From Spirochaetaceae bacterium (lineage in GTDB: Bacteria > Spirochaetota > Spirochaetia > DSM-27196 > PWMO01): a stretch of DNA of 64,000 nt. Below the pieces are notes generated by a model. The model was not told the origin of the DNA. It made no database searches and saw only the letters and a program-made list of their open reading frames with translations. The stretch lies in contig REDM01000280.1 in the NCBI GenBank assembly GCA_007693485.1, forward strand, positions 22,489-86,488, written 5' to 3'. Each line of letters opens with the position of its first letter. Position 1 is the first letter of the stretch. A program made the translations under genes and the position numbers. This document shows positions 7,898 to 16,709 of this stretch, one piece after another.

Positions 7898-9928
7898 TTA
7901 CCTGCGCTGGTTGTTTGGCGAACCAAGCTGATCGAGCGCCCGCTGGTTGTCATCGAGCATCTGCATTGCACCTTCCATTCGGCCAAAATCGGTGCGAAGA
8001 CGCTGTTCGGTACGCTCCAACCGCCGGGTATAGGTATCGATGTCGCTTGCCGTGCGTTCTACGCGGGTGTCGATCCCCTGGCGTCGCATTGCAAATACGC
8101 CGCCCGATTGCGTGTAGGGGGCAAGGGATCGTTCTACCTGGAAGGCAACGCCGGTATCCACCGCAAAGTCACCGTCGGTATCAAACCCAAACAGATCGCG
8201 AACGGCGGCAAAATCGTTACGTAATGCGGAGTCAAGACGGCGTTCGTCGATTTCCAGGTAGCCCCGCATGCGGGAGGCGTCAAACGAACCGCCAAACCCG
8301 GATGCGTTGGTAGAAATACCAATCTGGGCGAGGAGGCTCAGTTCGCGCCCGGCGCGCGTTTCGTACGGATTCATGACATCAGTCTGCAGCCGGCTTCGCA
8401 GCTGCGTCAGCGTAGTGTCGCCCTGCAGGGCTCCGAGGCGGGCCATGGCGGTCTCTCGTTCTTCGTCGGAGAAGAATCCCACCTCGTCGATGACAGCGGT
8501 GTTGCTGCGAGTCAGGATGTTGATGTCTCGAACAAGTTGATTGTAATGACCAATGAAGGTAATGATTCCGTCCTTTACCAGCTCACGATCGGGCTCTACG
8601 TTCAGAGTCACCGGACGTGTGCTCACGGAGTGGAGATTGATGGTCGCTCCGGGAATCACATCGTCAATCGCGTTGGTGTCGCGAACGATCTCCACACCGT
8701 CGAGGGCAATGATGCTGTCTGCCGCCACCTGAATGGGATTCACGGGCTCGAAATCGTCACGCGCCGTTGGATCAAAAATCCTCACGTTGCGGATTTCCAG
8801 ATCGCGGTGGCTGTTTCGGTTGCGAATATCCAGAGAATCGAGCCGATCAACAAAATCCGCGAGTGGAACACGGACGGTCTGGAACTCCGTTGTGTCGCTC
8901 AGCCTCGGAAGGGGAACCGAAGCACTGCCTTCGCGAGCAAACAGAAACTGCATATCGTTGACGATCCGTGGCGGCTGGGGAGTCTCCATCTGTGGGAGTA
9001 CGGCCCGCGATCGCTCGCCGGGAACGGTGACATCTTCCAGTGTTACGCCGGGACCGTCGGGAATCTGCGGCCCGGGAGGCGGCGGGGGAGGGGTCAGCGC
9101 AGCGGGGCTGCGGTCAGTGACGCGGACGTCAAACTCAATGACCGTTGATCCATCAACCGGAAACCCTGGGCTGACCGGCAGAGATAGTTCACCGCCAGGT
9201 CGCACGGTAAGGGTATTCTCCGAGACCGTCACCGCGTCGCGATCGAGGGGAAGCGTCCATCGGGCGAGGGCCTGATCGGCAAGAGGGATCTGGCGCTGCG
9301 AGTCGCGTCCGGGTGCAATCAGACCACTCTCCAGTGCGAAACTCTCCGCGGCGTCGAGAAACGACAGGCGATTCTGTTCGCCGGTACGTTGTGACTCAAA
9401 CGTAATAACGGACGTGGTGCGGGTATTCTGGACAACGCGCGCACGAACCACTTCTCCGGCGTTGCGGTTTACCGCTTCGGCAAACTCGCGCATGGAGCCG
9501 CCGCGAAATCGAAAACTGCGCTCCTGGTCCCCCACGCGAAAACCGTACGTTCCTTCAGGAACGGAGGTGTCCGCGTCAAGGCTGTTCGACATGAAGTGAT
9601 CGCTGCCGGCAAGCCGACGAACCTCGATGCGGCTCATCGACTCCTGAGCCGCACGAGTCACATCGGCAGTGAGAACCGAGGAGTCCGAAGAGCGTCCGAT
9701 GCGTGAGTTAAACGGACTCTGAAAACCATAGAGGGCGCGGGCGCTCTCGCGAAGGCTGTTGGCGGCACGGCCAATGTCGTTCCAGATCACCCGCTCGTCC
9801 TGGAGGCGCTCTACGCGCTGTTCCATGCGAGTCACGGGTATCCGCTCGACCTTCATGAGGTCTTCGATCATTTGAGTTGTATTGAATCGTCCTCCTGAAG
9901 AGATTCCAGGAATGCTGATATCGGACAA
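7898..9928 (-). CDS. fliD: Flagellar filament cap protein FliD (hook-associated protein 2)
   Basis: 676 aa. N-terminus MSDISIPGISSGGRFNTTQMIEDLMKVERIPVTRMEQRVERLQDE and the C-terminal coiled segment are typical of FliD. Contains a Pro-rich insert (TPPPPPPGPQIPDGPG). Confidence 0.92.
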   Translation of the reverse strand: MSDISIPGISSGGRFNTTQMIEDLMKVERIPVTRMEQRVERLQDERVIWNDIGRAANSLRESARALYGFQSPFNSRIGRSSDSSVLTADVTRAAQESMSRIEVRRLAGSDHFMSNSLDADTSVPEGTYGFRVGDQERSFRFRGGSMREFAEAVNRNAGEVVRARVVQNTRTTSVITFESQRTGEQNRLSFLDAAESFALESGLIAPGRDSQRQIPLADQALARWTLPLDRDAVTVSENTLTVRPGGELSLPVSPGFPVDGSTVIEFDVRVTDRSPAALTPPPPPPGPQIPDGPGVTLEDVTVPGERSRAVLPQMETPQPPRIVNDMQFLFAREGSASVPLPRLSDTTEFQTVRVPLADFVDRLDSLDIRNRNSHRDLEIRNVRIFDPTARDDFEPVNPIQVAADSIIALDGVEIVRDTNAIDDVIPGATINLHSVSTRPVTLNVEPDRELVKDGIITFIGHYNQLVRDINILTRSNTAVIDEVGFFSDEERETAMARLGALQGDTTLTQLRSRLQTDVMNPYETRAGRELSLLAQIGISTNASGFGGSFDASRMRGYLEIDERRLDSALRNDFAAVRDLFGFDTDGDFAVDTGVAFQVERSLAPYTQSGGVFAMRRQGIDTRVERTASDIDTYTRRLERTEQRLRTDFGRMEGAMQMLDDNQRALDQLGSPNNQRR

Positions 9929-9975
9929 AATGCTCTCCCGTCGTGAACCGTGGTGAAACGGTCAGACTGCGCTGT

Positions 9976-10320
9976 TCAAATTCTCTCGTCGATGAACAGC
10001 CCGATCGCCTCCCTGATGCGCATGTGAACGCGCTGCAGTTCTGCGGGAGGGATCTCTTTAATTACAGTATCGGTGGTTTTGTCGATCACTTTGACCACCA
10101 TCTGGTCGAGGTCCCGGTTCACCGAGAACTGAAGCCGACGATTAAACACCTGGGTGACGCTCTGTAATTCACCCAGGAGCTTGTCGAGATCGACGTCCGC
10201 AACCATGACGTTGGGTTCGGAAGAACGAGCCGCTCTGGGAGCCGTTCGCTCTGCCGAACGCAGGTGCGCTGCCGACGCATGAGTCGCGTCATGCAGGATG
10301 GAATTGACCTCCATGGACAT
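9976..10320 (-). CDS. flaG: Flagellar protein FlaG
   Basis: 114 aa. C-terminal LQFSVNRDLDQMVVKVIDKTTDTVIKEIPPAELQRV is the FlaG signature. Gene order is flaB-flaG-fliD. Confidence 0.85.
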   Translation of the reverse strand: MSMEVNSILHDATHASAAHLRSAERTAPRAARSSEPNVMVADVDLDKLLGELQSVTQVFNRRLQFSVNRDLDQMVVKVIDKTTDTVIKEIPPAELQRVHMRIREAIGLFIDERI

Positions 10321-10431
10321 ACTCTTACCTCCGTGTAAGAAGCACGATGAACGGGGAGCGCGCTTCCCCGAGCACCGATAAAAAACGCGCCGAAAAAGAT
10401 GACGTCCAGAGATCTCTTTCGGTTTTTTTCG

Positions 10432-11286
10432 TTAGCCGAGCAGCTGCAGCACCGATTGGGGCTGGGTGTTGGCTTGCGCCAGCATTGCCGTGTTCGACTG
10501 AACGAGGATCTGGTTGCGCACGAAGTTCACGACTTCCGACGCCATGTCGACGTCTCGAATCAGTGATTCTGCGGCCTGCAGGTTTTCCGCAGCGATTGCA
10601 ACTCCCTCCCGTGCCATCTCGAACCGGTTCTGATACGCGCCGAGGTCTGCCCGCTGACGGGAGACCGACGTAAGCGCCGCATCTACCAAACCGATTGCCT
10701 GATTTGCGCTCTCGGGGGTCGAAATCGAAAGTGCGCCTTGAGCTCCTTGCAGATCCATGAGACCGAGCGCCTGTGCGGTCATCGTTCCGATGAACGCGGT
10801 TTCGCTCTGATCCATGTTGGCTCCGATCTGGAACTGGATACCCATTCCGGTTTCGGAGTCCCGTGCGAAGGCGCCGGTCAGCATGTTCATGTTATTGAAC
10901 TGTGCGTGAGACGCGATCCGGTTGACTTCGGCGATGAGCTGAGAAACCTCGACCTGAATCTGCATGCGGTCTTCGGGAGTGTAAATCCCGTGCGCCGACT
11001 GTACCGACAGTTCGCGGATACGGTGCAGAATGTCCTGGGTTCCCTGCAGATACCCTTCTGCCGTCTGAATGAACGAAACGGCGTTCTGGATATTGCGCTC
11101 GGCCTGGTTCAAACCACGGATCTGGCTTCGCAGCTTTTCTGATACCGCAAGGCCTGAGGCATCGTCGCCGGCCCGGTTAATTCTCATTCCCGACGAGAGT
11201 TTCTCAATATTGCTTTGAGTCTCCAGCCCGCGGGCGTTGAGGGTACGGGAAGCGAACGCTGCACTCGTGTTGTGGTTAATGATCAT
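10432..11286 (-). CDS. flaB: Flagellin core protein FlaB (copy 2)
   Basis: [17 protein letters not shown]...[30 protein letters not shown]...[11 protein letters not shown] 11286 was chosen (AAGGAGG 6 nt upstream). The 11463 ORF start would add a non-flagellin extension. Confidence 0.95.
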   Translation of the reverse strand: MIINHNTSAAFASRTLNARGLETQSNIEKLSSGMRINRAGDDASGLAVSEKLRSQIRGLNQAERNIQNAVSFIQTAEGYLQGTQDILHRIRELSVQSAHGIYTPEDRMQIQVEVSQLIAEVNRIASHAQFNNMNMLTGAFARDSETGMGIQFQIGANMDQSETAFIGTMTAQALGLMDLQGAQGALSISTPESANQAIGLVDAALTSVSRQRADLGAYQNRFEMAREGVAIAAENLQAAESLIRDVDMASEVVNFVRNQILVQSNTAMLAQANTQPQSVLQLLG

Positions 11287-11289
11287 AGG

Positions 11290-11332
11290 CCCTCCTTGTA
11301 CGTAGTTCCGGGAAGCCTCCCTGGCGACCCGG
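11290..11332 (-). promoter_or_regulatory. flaB (copy 2) leader with two GGA motifs (CsrA-type sites), one at the SD
   Basis: The - strand reads CCGGGTCGCCAGGGAGGCTTCCCGG (5-bp stem presenting AGGGAGG), then CAAGGAGGGCC immediately 5' of the ATG. Confidence 0.45.
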
Positions 11333-11485
11333 TCCCGATTGAGGGCATTTCGATTCTCCGGCGAGCGCGCCGACGGAGAGGAAACACCGATAACCGAGAG
11401 GCTGTACGCAAGTCCGGCCGTAACTGGCCGGGGACTCTCTGCCCCACGGTTCTCAACCTGCAAGAAGGTTTGCTGTCAAAGAGCG

Positions 11486-11501
11486 AATGGGGTGGGGCGG
11501 C
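11486..11501 (-). terminator. Hairpin GGCGGC-TTCG-GCCGCC 34 nt after the flaB (copy 1) stop
   Basis: 6-bp GC stem with a UUCG tetraloop on the - strand. The downstream tract is only weakly U-rich. Confidence 0.4.
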
Positions 11502-11534
11502 CGAAGCCGCCTCACCACCAGAAAGAATACTACG

Positions 11535-12392
11535 CTATCCCAGCAATTGCAACACGGTCTGGTTCCGCACGTTCGCCTGAGCGAGCATTGCCGTTCCGGA
11601 CTGGATGAGAATCTGGTTCCTCACGTAGTCGACGATCTCGTTTGCCATGTCGACGTCGCGGATCTGCGATTCGGCAGCCTGCAGGTTTTCTGCAGCGATG
11701 TCGATGCTTTCCACGGCGTACGAGAGGCGGTTCTGATAGGCACCAAGGTCGGCACGCTGGCTGCTCACCGTCATGAGCGCACCATCGACGAGTCCGATTG
11801 CCTGGTTGGCCATTTCCGGGGTGGAGATCGTAATGGCCTCCATCGCCGCATCTCGAATACCCAGAGCTTGAGCGGTCATGGTGCCAATGAAGACCCGAAC
11901 GTTCTGGTCCATGTTGGCGCCGATGTGAAACCACATGCTTGCCGTGACCACGTTCTCGCCGGTGTCCCGGGCGAAGCGGCCGGTCAGCATGTTCATGCCG
12001 TTAAACTGAGCATGAGACGCAATTCGATCGATCTCAGCGACCAGCTGAGAGACTTCGACCTGGATCTGCATGCGGTCTTCGGCAGAGTAGATACCGTTGG
12101 CCGACTGTACCGACAGTTCCCGGATGCGCTGGAGAATATCCTGCGTTCCCTGGAGGTACCCTTCGGTGGCCTGGATAAACGAAATACCGTTGGTTGCGTT
12201 GCGGGACGCCTGGTTAAGACCGCGAATCTGGGACCGCATCTTTTCCGATACGGCAAGACCCGACGCGTCGTCCCCGGCGCGATTGATGCGAAGGCCGGAC
12301 GAAAGCTTCTCGATATTGCCCGATACGCGGCGATCGACAACTCCCGTTACCCGTTGCGCAAACATTGCGCTCATGTTGTGATTGATGATCAT
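11535..12392 (-). CDS. flaB: Flagellin core protein FlaB (copy 1)
   Basis: 285 aa reading [15 protein letters not shown]...[30 protein letters not shown]...QTVLQLLG. Paralogue of 10432-11286. Confidence 0.95.
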   Translation of the reverse strand: MIINHNMSAMFAQRVTGVVDRRVSGNIEKLSSGLRINRAGDDASGLAVSEKMRSQIRGLNQASRNATNGISFIQATEGYLQGTQDILQRIRELSVQSANGIYSAEDRMQIQVEVSQLVAEIDRIASHAQFNGMNMLTGRFARDTGENVVTASMWFHIGANMDQNVRVFIGTMTAQALGIRDAAMEAITISTPEMANQAIGLVDGALMTVSSQRADLGAYQNRLSYAVESIDIAAENLQAAESQIRDVDMANEIVDYVRNQILIQSGTAMLAQANVRNQTVLQLLG

Positions 12393-12398
12393 CTGTTT

Positions 12399-12460
12399 CC
12401 TCCGTGAAATGATGTGCCCGACTCCCTGTCGGACAGTGCGGCTTCAAGCCTCCGTGCTTG
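12399..12460 (-). promoter_or_regulatory. flaB (copy 1) leader with three GGA motifs, two in hairpin loops and one at the SD (CsrA-type sites)
   Basis: The - strand has CAAGC-ACGGAG-GCTTG (12445-12460), CCGAC-AGGGA-GTCGG (12418-12432) and CACGGAGG (12399-12406) 6 nt before the ATG. Confidence 0.5.
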
Positions 12461-12538
12461 AAACCCTATGTGCACAAAACTGGCTGAGTGTTTCTGAGCC
12501 GTTCCCTCCTTCTTCCGGTGATGTAGCGAGACGCGGCG

Positions 12539-12639
12539 CGGATGGTCCGTTACGCGGGGTTTTCCGCGTTGGCACTCAAGGAATTTTCCCCACCACCGAT
12601 ACTATAGATGTGGTGAAGTCTCCCCGCGTGGACCATCCG
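12539..12639. other. 101-nt imperfect inverted repeat / structured element in the 416-bp flaB-upstream intergenic region
   Basis: 12539-12548 pairs with 12630-12639 (10 bp) and 12552-12559 pairs with 12622-12629 (8 bp, with a 3-nt bulge). Inner hairpin CACCAC/GTGGTG at 12591-12615. Competing hairpin ACGCGG-GGTTTT-CCGCGT at 12552-12569. Confidence 0.45.
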
Positions 12640-12808
12640 GTTTGCGCCGGTCTCCCCCGTACTCCTTGTCGACATATCCCCCTCAGAACTTAACACGAAA
12701 CGTGATGTTTTTCGGTTTTTTGCAGACCCGGTGAAACACGCAGTGGAAAACCGCGCAGGAACGAAGCTCTGGGAAAATGAGCCGGGACAATTTGCCGCGA
12801 AGACGTCG

Positions 12809-13933
12809 CTACGATTCCAGCGACTGCAGGTAGTGCAGCGCCACTGGATCGTCCGGTTGGATCTCCAGTGCGGTACGAAAGAACGCGGCGGCTTCGGAAG
12901 GGTCTCCACGTCGTAGCGCCAGAACGCCGAGGTTGGAGATAATTTTCACATCTTCGGGGTCGCGGGTCAGGGCGAACTCGAGGTCGGCGCGGCATTCGTC
13001 ATACTCGCCGAGTTCCATACGGCAGATCGCCAGTTCGTTCAGCGTATCCACCTCGGTGGAACCGCATTCGATGGCTTTCAGAAAGGCCTCTTTTGCCTCG
13101 CGGTACCGCTCGAGTCTGCGATGCGCCCACCCGAGGATGAACCAGCCGTTCCAGACCTGAGGCTGTTTGGCCAGAAAGGCGGTGATGCGCTCGATTCCCT
13201 GTTCTTCCTTTCCCAGCCGGATAAAATCGTAGGCTTCCTTGAACAGCGTATCCACGAGGTTACGAGAATCGATCTGATCGATGATCTGTTGTGCTTCGGT
13301 GCGTTTTTCCTCGTCAGTGCTGTCGGTGTCGAGAAACGCCGCGAATGCCGCATGGGCACGGTCATAGTTGTGTTGCGACAAAAAGAAGTAACCGGCGTTC
13401 AGATAGACATCGGGGCGAACGTCGTCGTCTGCCATCAGGTCGCGGTAGAGGGTGAATGCTTCGTCGGTATACCGGGCGCTGGATGCCTCATCGCCACGGC
13501 CCGCGGCATCCTGTGCACGCTGTTCGGCGAGAAGGGCGAGGTTGAGTGTTACCCTCGAATCGTCGGGAAGCAGACCGCGAAGCGCGCAGAAGATTTCGTG
13601 GGCGAGGGCAAAGTCGCGGTTCCGCGCTTTCAGTATCGCCGTTTCCGACAGTTCGTCGATGATGGTTGGCTTGACCGCGGGGACAAAGGTCCGGTAGTAG
13701 GCCGCATGCTCATGAGAGGGCTGGTGGGCGAGAATCTTCAGCATCGCTGCGAGGATCTGCTCCCAGCTCAGCGAGTCGGGTGTCCATCCGGGCACCGTCT
13801 CGACCGGGAGGGGTACCGACGAGTCAATATGGAAGGGGCCGAGGTCCTGCTCGAGGTGTGGCGGGACGGTGATGAAGACGATGTTCTTCAGCGGGTCCTG
13901 GTCGGTGGCCGCAGATTCATTCGGTTGTGTCAT
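12809..13933 (-). CDS. TPR-repeat protein
   Basis: 374 aa with repeated A/Y/F-rich 34-aa helical pairs (e.g. YLNAGYFFLSQHNYDRAHAAFAAFL, WFILGWAHRRLERYREAKEAFLKAI). Overlaps the upstream PilZ gene by 17 nt. Confidence 0.75.
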   Translation of the reverse strand: MTQPNESAATDQDPLKNIVFITVPPHLEQDLGPFHIDSSVPLPVETVPGWTPDSLSWEQILAAMLKILAHQPSHEHAAYYRTFVPAVKPTIIDELSETAILKARNRDFALAHEIFCALRGLLPDDSRVTLNLALLAEQRAQDAAGRGDEASSARYTDEAFTLYRDLMADDDVRPDVYLNAGYFFLSQHNYDRAHAAFAAFLDTDSTDEEKRTEAQQIIDQIDSRNLVDTLFKEAYDFIRLGKEEQGIERITAFLAKQPQVWNGWFILGWAHRRLERYREAKEAFLKAIECGSTEVDTLNELAICRMELGEYDECRADLEFALTRDPEDVKIISNLGVLALRRGDPSEAAAFFRTALEIQPDDPVALHYLQSLES

Positions 13934-14756
13934 TGCGTTCTCCGGCCGGTTTCTTCAGCTTGACGTATTTAAGATAGTTGTTGATGCGCAGTTTATATTT
14001 CATGGGCACCTGGGCTTCGTCAAAGAGTACCGCAAATGCTGCGATGTCGGGACGCCCTTCCACCGGTTCGTATCGGACTACCGTGCCCGCGATGTCCAGG
14101 CTTTCGGGTGGATCAAGGAGGTCGATGCGCAACACCGCCTGCTTGTCCACCAGAAACTTCGCGATTCCCAGGATGATGACCTTGGCACCGGCAAACGAGA
14201 GGTCACGGATGATCGCGCGCCGCGGCACTCCGTCGATGATGATCTGCGTCTCCTTGGCGCGGAGGCCCAAACGCTTCGCACTGTCGGCGGTGACCACGAT
14301 GCGATCGTCTTTTCGTTTGCTCGAGTTCAGATTTGCCTCGAGCATCTGGCCGAGAATCTCGATCAGATCGTCGGGAGGACGTTGAGTGTAGCTTACGGTG
14401 AGGAAGAACAGATCCGGTTTGTCCTTTCCGTAGGGGGTAAACCCACTGATTTTCGCCGACACAAAAAATGACAGGGGATCGGTTTTATCACGCTGCACAA
14501 AGCAGAACCGAAGCGATACCATGTTGTTTGCCTTTTGCAGCGACTCTTTGAGCGATTTCTGCATGTTGACAATCACGCGGGCTTCGGACATTGAGGTTGA
14601 GTAAATGATGCAGGGCCACTGATACCCCAGACATTTGAGGTAGACCTGCTTGGGGTGCAACAGAATGGCCCGGATGACCTCCTTGGTGAAGGTAATGTCC
14701 GTCTTCTGAAATTGGTCGTAATAACGGGCAATCTGTTGACTGGTAGTGACTGGCAT
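13917..14756 (-). CDS. PlzA-like dual-domain PilZ protein (c-di-GMP receptor)
   Basis: 279 aa. C-terminal PilZ motifs are SKRKDDRIVV (RxxxR) and IRDLSFAGAKV (DxSxxG). The N-terminal half resembles the extra PilZ-like domain of spirochaetal PlzA (from memory). Confidence 0.72.
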   Translation of the reverse strand: MPVTTSQQIARYYDQFQKTDITFTKEVIRAILLHPKQVYLKCLGYQWPCIIYSTSMSEARVIVNMQKSLKESLQKANNMVSLRFCFVQRDKTDPLSFFVSAKISGFTPYGKDKPDLFFLTVSYTQRPPDDLIEILGQMLEANLNSSKRKDDRIVVTADSAKRLGLRAKETQIIIDGVPRRAIIRDLSFAGAKVIILGIAKFLVDKQAVLRIDLLDPPESLDIAGTVVRYEPVEGRPDIAAFAVLFDEAQVPMKYKLRINNYLKYVKLKKPAGERNDTTE

Positions 14757-14818
14757 GACTCGATACGATAGTATGCTACCACCGTATCGATGTCAACGAG
14801 TCAAGGAGTGGCAGGGCC

Positions 14819-15850
14819 GTGACACCCATGATCTGCGCGATGGGGAACCCCCTCATCGATACCATTCTCTCCGGGACCCGCGAAGACCTTCAGGCGATTG
14901 GCGCTGCGGCGGGTTCCATGAACCTGGTGGAGTACGATCAACAACAGGAGGTTGTTTCGCGCTGTGCGGTTCGCCTGCGCCTGGCCGGAGGCAGTGCGGC
15001 AAATACGATCCGGGCGGTTCGCTGGATTGCCCGCCACATCGACTCTGACGCCGGTGCACATTTTCTGCGGGAGCATGGGCTCGCCGCCAGTTCACCGACG
15101 GCGCGGTACGTAGGCGCGGTTGGTCGGGATGACGACGGAGTGGCGTTCGAGACCCTGCTGCGCGAGGAGACCGTGGAGCCTGTACTCGCGATCACCCCCG
15201 TGCCGACCGGCAGCTCGGCGATTGTCGTAACCCCTGACTCGGAACGAACCATGTTCACCTACCTGGGTGCGTGCCGGGAACTGCGGAGGTCGCACCTCCC
15301 GCGCTTTGCCGGGGTAACGCTGTTTCATACCACCGGATACATGTGGGATACCCCCAATCAGCAGGAGGCGGCAGATTGCGCCACGAAGCGTGCGCGAGAG
15401 GCCGGGGCGAAGATCTCGCTTGACGTTGCCGATTCGTTTGTAGTGGATCGATATCGCGATGCCCTGCGATCATGGATCCCGGGGCGGGTGGATGTTCTGT
15501 TTGCTAACCGACAGGAACTCTATTCGTTGACCGACACACAATCGGACCGGACTGCGATGGATGCGGCCGCATCGTTGGCACCGCTGGTAGTAATGAAGGT
15601 GGGCGCGGAGGGCTGCCTGGTTGGCGGAGATCGCACCGGCGCTCTTCTGCAGGCAGACGGCATTCGCGTCTCGCCGCTCGACACCACGGGCGCCGGCGAT
15701 TCGTTTGCTGGGGGATTCCTGTACGGGTTGGTCTGCGGATGGGATCTCCGCGACTGCGCAGAGTTCGCCAACCGGATTGCGGCGTCGGTGGTGACGGTAG
15801 AGGGGTGCGACTATGGGCAGCTGTCGCCGGAACTGGTATTTGGTTCGTGA
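14819..15850 (+). CDS. PfkB-family carbohydrate/nucleoside kinase
   Basis: 343 aa with GNPLID near the N-terminus, GGSAANT, and DTTGAGDSFAGGFLYGL (PfkB signature 2). Confidence 0.8.
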   Translation: MTPMICAMGNPLIDTILSGTREDLQAIGAAAGSMNLVEYDQQQEVVSRCAVRLRLAGGSAANTIRAVRWIARHIDSDAGAHFLREHGLAASSPTARYVGAVGRDDDGVAFETLLREETVEPVLAITPVPTGSSAIVVTPDSERTMFTYLGACRELRRSHLPRFAGVTLFHTTGYMWDTPNQQEAADCATKRAREAGAKISLDVADSFVVDRYRDALRSWIPGRVDVLFANRQELYSLTDTQSDRTAMDAAASLAPLVVMKVGAEGCLVGGDRTGALLQADGIRVSPLDTTGAGDSFAGGFLYGLVCGWDLRDCAEFANRIAASVVTVEGCDYGQLSPELVFGS

Positions 15851-16179
15851 ACCGGAGAGTCGGCCTCGTCGGGAAGGGGAGAAGACCGTAGCGTCTGTTC
15901 GAGTTCCCGGAGAATGCGTTGAGTGATTTTCTGAACCTGTTCGGCTTCTATTCCGTTGTGTTTGGTTGCGGCCCGCTCTTTGAAGAGCTCGTCGGTAACG
16001 AGCAAGGCCGCAAGAATCGATACCTTGAGCTCATCCGACGTCGACACCGAGGAGCGGATTTCCTGAATCTTGGTCTTCAGGTAATCGACAATGTCCTGCA
16101 GATGCCGAGGATCTTCATCGGTTTGAATCGAGAACGATGTTCCCAGCAGCTCGATTTTCATGGTATTGCCCGATTTCAT
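15811..16179 (-). CDS. zapA: Cell division protein ZapA
   Basis: MKIELLGTSFSIQTDEDPRHLQDIVDYLKTKI is ZapA-like. There are two in-frame ATGs (16179 and 16161) created by an 18-bp tandem duplication. Confidence 0.78.
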   Translation of the reverse strand: MKSGNTMKIELLGTSFSIQTDEDPRHLQDIVDYLKTKIQEIRSSVSTSDELKVSILAALLVTDELFKERAATKHNGIEAEQVQKITQRILRELEQTLRSSPLPDEADSPVHEPNTSSGDSCP

Positions 16180-16191
16180 GGTATTGCCCGA
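16156..16191. repeat. Perfect 18-bp tandem duplication (TTTCATGGTATTGCCCGA x2) spanning the zapA start codon
   Basis: 16156-16173 is identical to 16174-16191. This duplicates the ATG plus 11 nt of upstream context in frame. Confidence 0.9.
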
Positions 16192-16248
16192 AACCGGTAG
16201 GATACCGCGGTCAACAGACCGTCGGGTGAGGCCGGACCGTCGTGCCGA

Positions 16249-16707
16249 TCAGAAAATATCCAGCTCTTCGGGAGTTGGATCTTCGCCGTCAGCATCAGCG
16301 GCCGTCGCGTCGTCGGACGTGGCAGAGGCCTTGTGTTCCGCCATGCCGTCGGTTGTGGGTGTGCTGGACGACTCGACCGGCGCTCGGCCGGACGCTTCGA
16401 CTGCCTTCTCCGGTGGGTCGGCGGAAAACCGGTCCGCGCCGGCATCGCCGGCGCCCTCGATAGCAGAGTCGTCGAAGAGCTGATCTTCCAGAGAGTCGAG
16501 CTGATGGAGCACCGAGAGCACCCCTTTTTCGATTTCGGTCTGCCCTTCGGCAAACTCTGAGAGGCGCTGCTCAAGCTCTTCGATCCGCCGCTCGTACCCG
16601 GTGAGCTTCTCCTTGAGGAGTACGTTCTCCCCTCTGAGCGCCGAGATGGTACTCACGGCCTGCTGTACACGGGCATCCAGTCGGCGGATCTGCTCGACGG
16701 TAATCAT
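16249..16707 (-). CDS. zapB: ZapB-like coiled-coil cell division protein with an acidic low-complexity tail
   Basis: N-terminal LDARVQQAVSTISALRGENVLLKEK resembles E. coli ZapB [25 protein letters not shown]. Located immediately upstream of zapA. Confidence 0.65.
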   Translation of the reverse strand: MITVEQIRRLDARVQQAVSTISALRGENVLLKEKLTGYERRIEELEQRLSEFAEGQTEIEKGVLSVLHQLDSLEDQLFDDSAIEGAGDAGADRFSADPPEKAVEASGRAPVESSSTPTTDGMAEHKASATSDDATAADADGEDPTPEELDIF

Positions 16708-16709
16708 GA

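Noticed and set aside
6991-8313. 440-aa + strand ORF, the longest unassigned ORF on the track
   Set aside because: It runs antisense to the 300-aa gene and fliD. It is Arg/Gly/Pro-rich low-complexity sequence with no motif. Such mirror ORFs are expected in GC-rich DNA, and the - strand products have clear identity (FliD).
9060-9100. Pro-rich insert (TPPPPPPGPQIPDGPG) in FliD as a possible slippage or repeat hotspot
   Set aside because: It is a single short low-complexity tract inside a variable central region of FliD proteins. There is no tandem DNA repeat structure beyond the C/G runs.
11333-11485. Promoter for flaB copy 2 (a TTGACA at 11479-11474 and a CCGGCC-AGTTAC-GGCCGG hairpin)
   Set aside because: No acceptable -10 sits at 16-18 nt from the TTGACA, and there is no sigma28 consensus. 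The evidence is too weak to call, and the same holds for flaB copy 1.
11487-12407. 306-aa + strand ORF covering flaB copy 1
   Set aside because: It is the exact antisense of an unmistakable flagellin gene and has no motif of its own.
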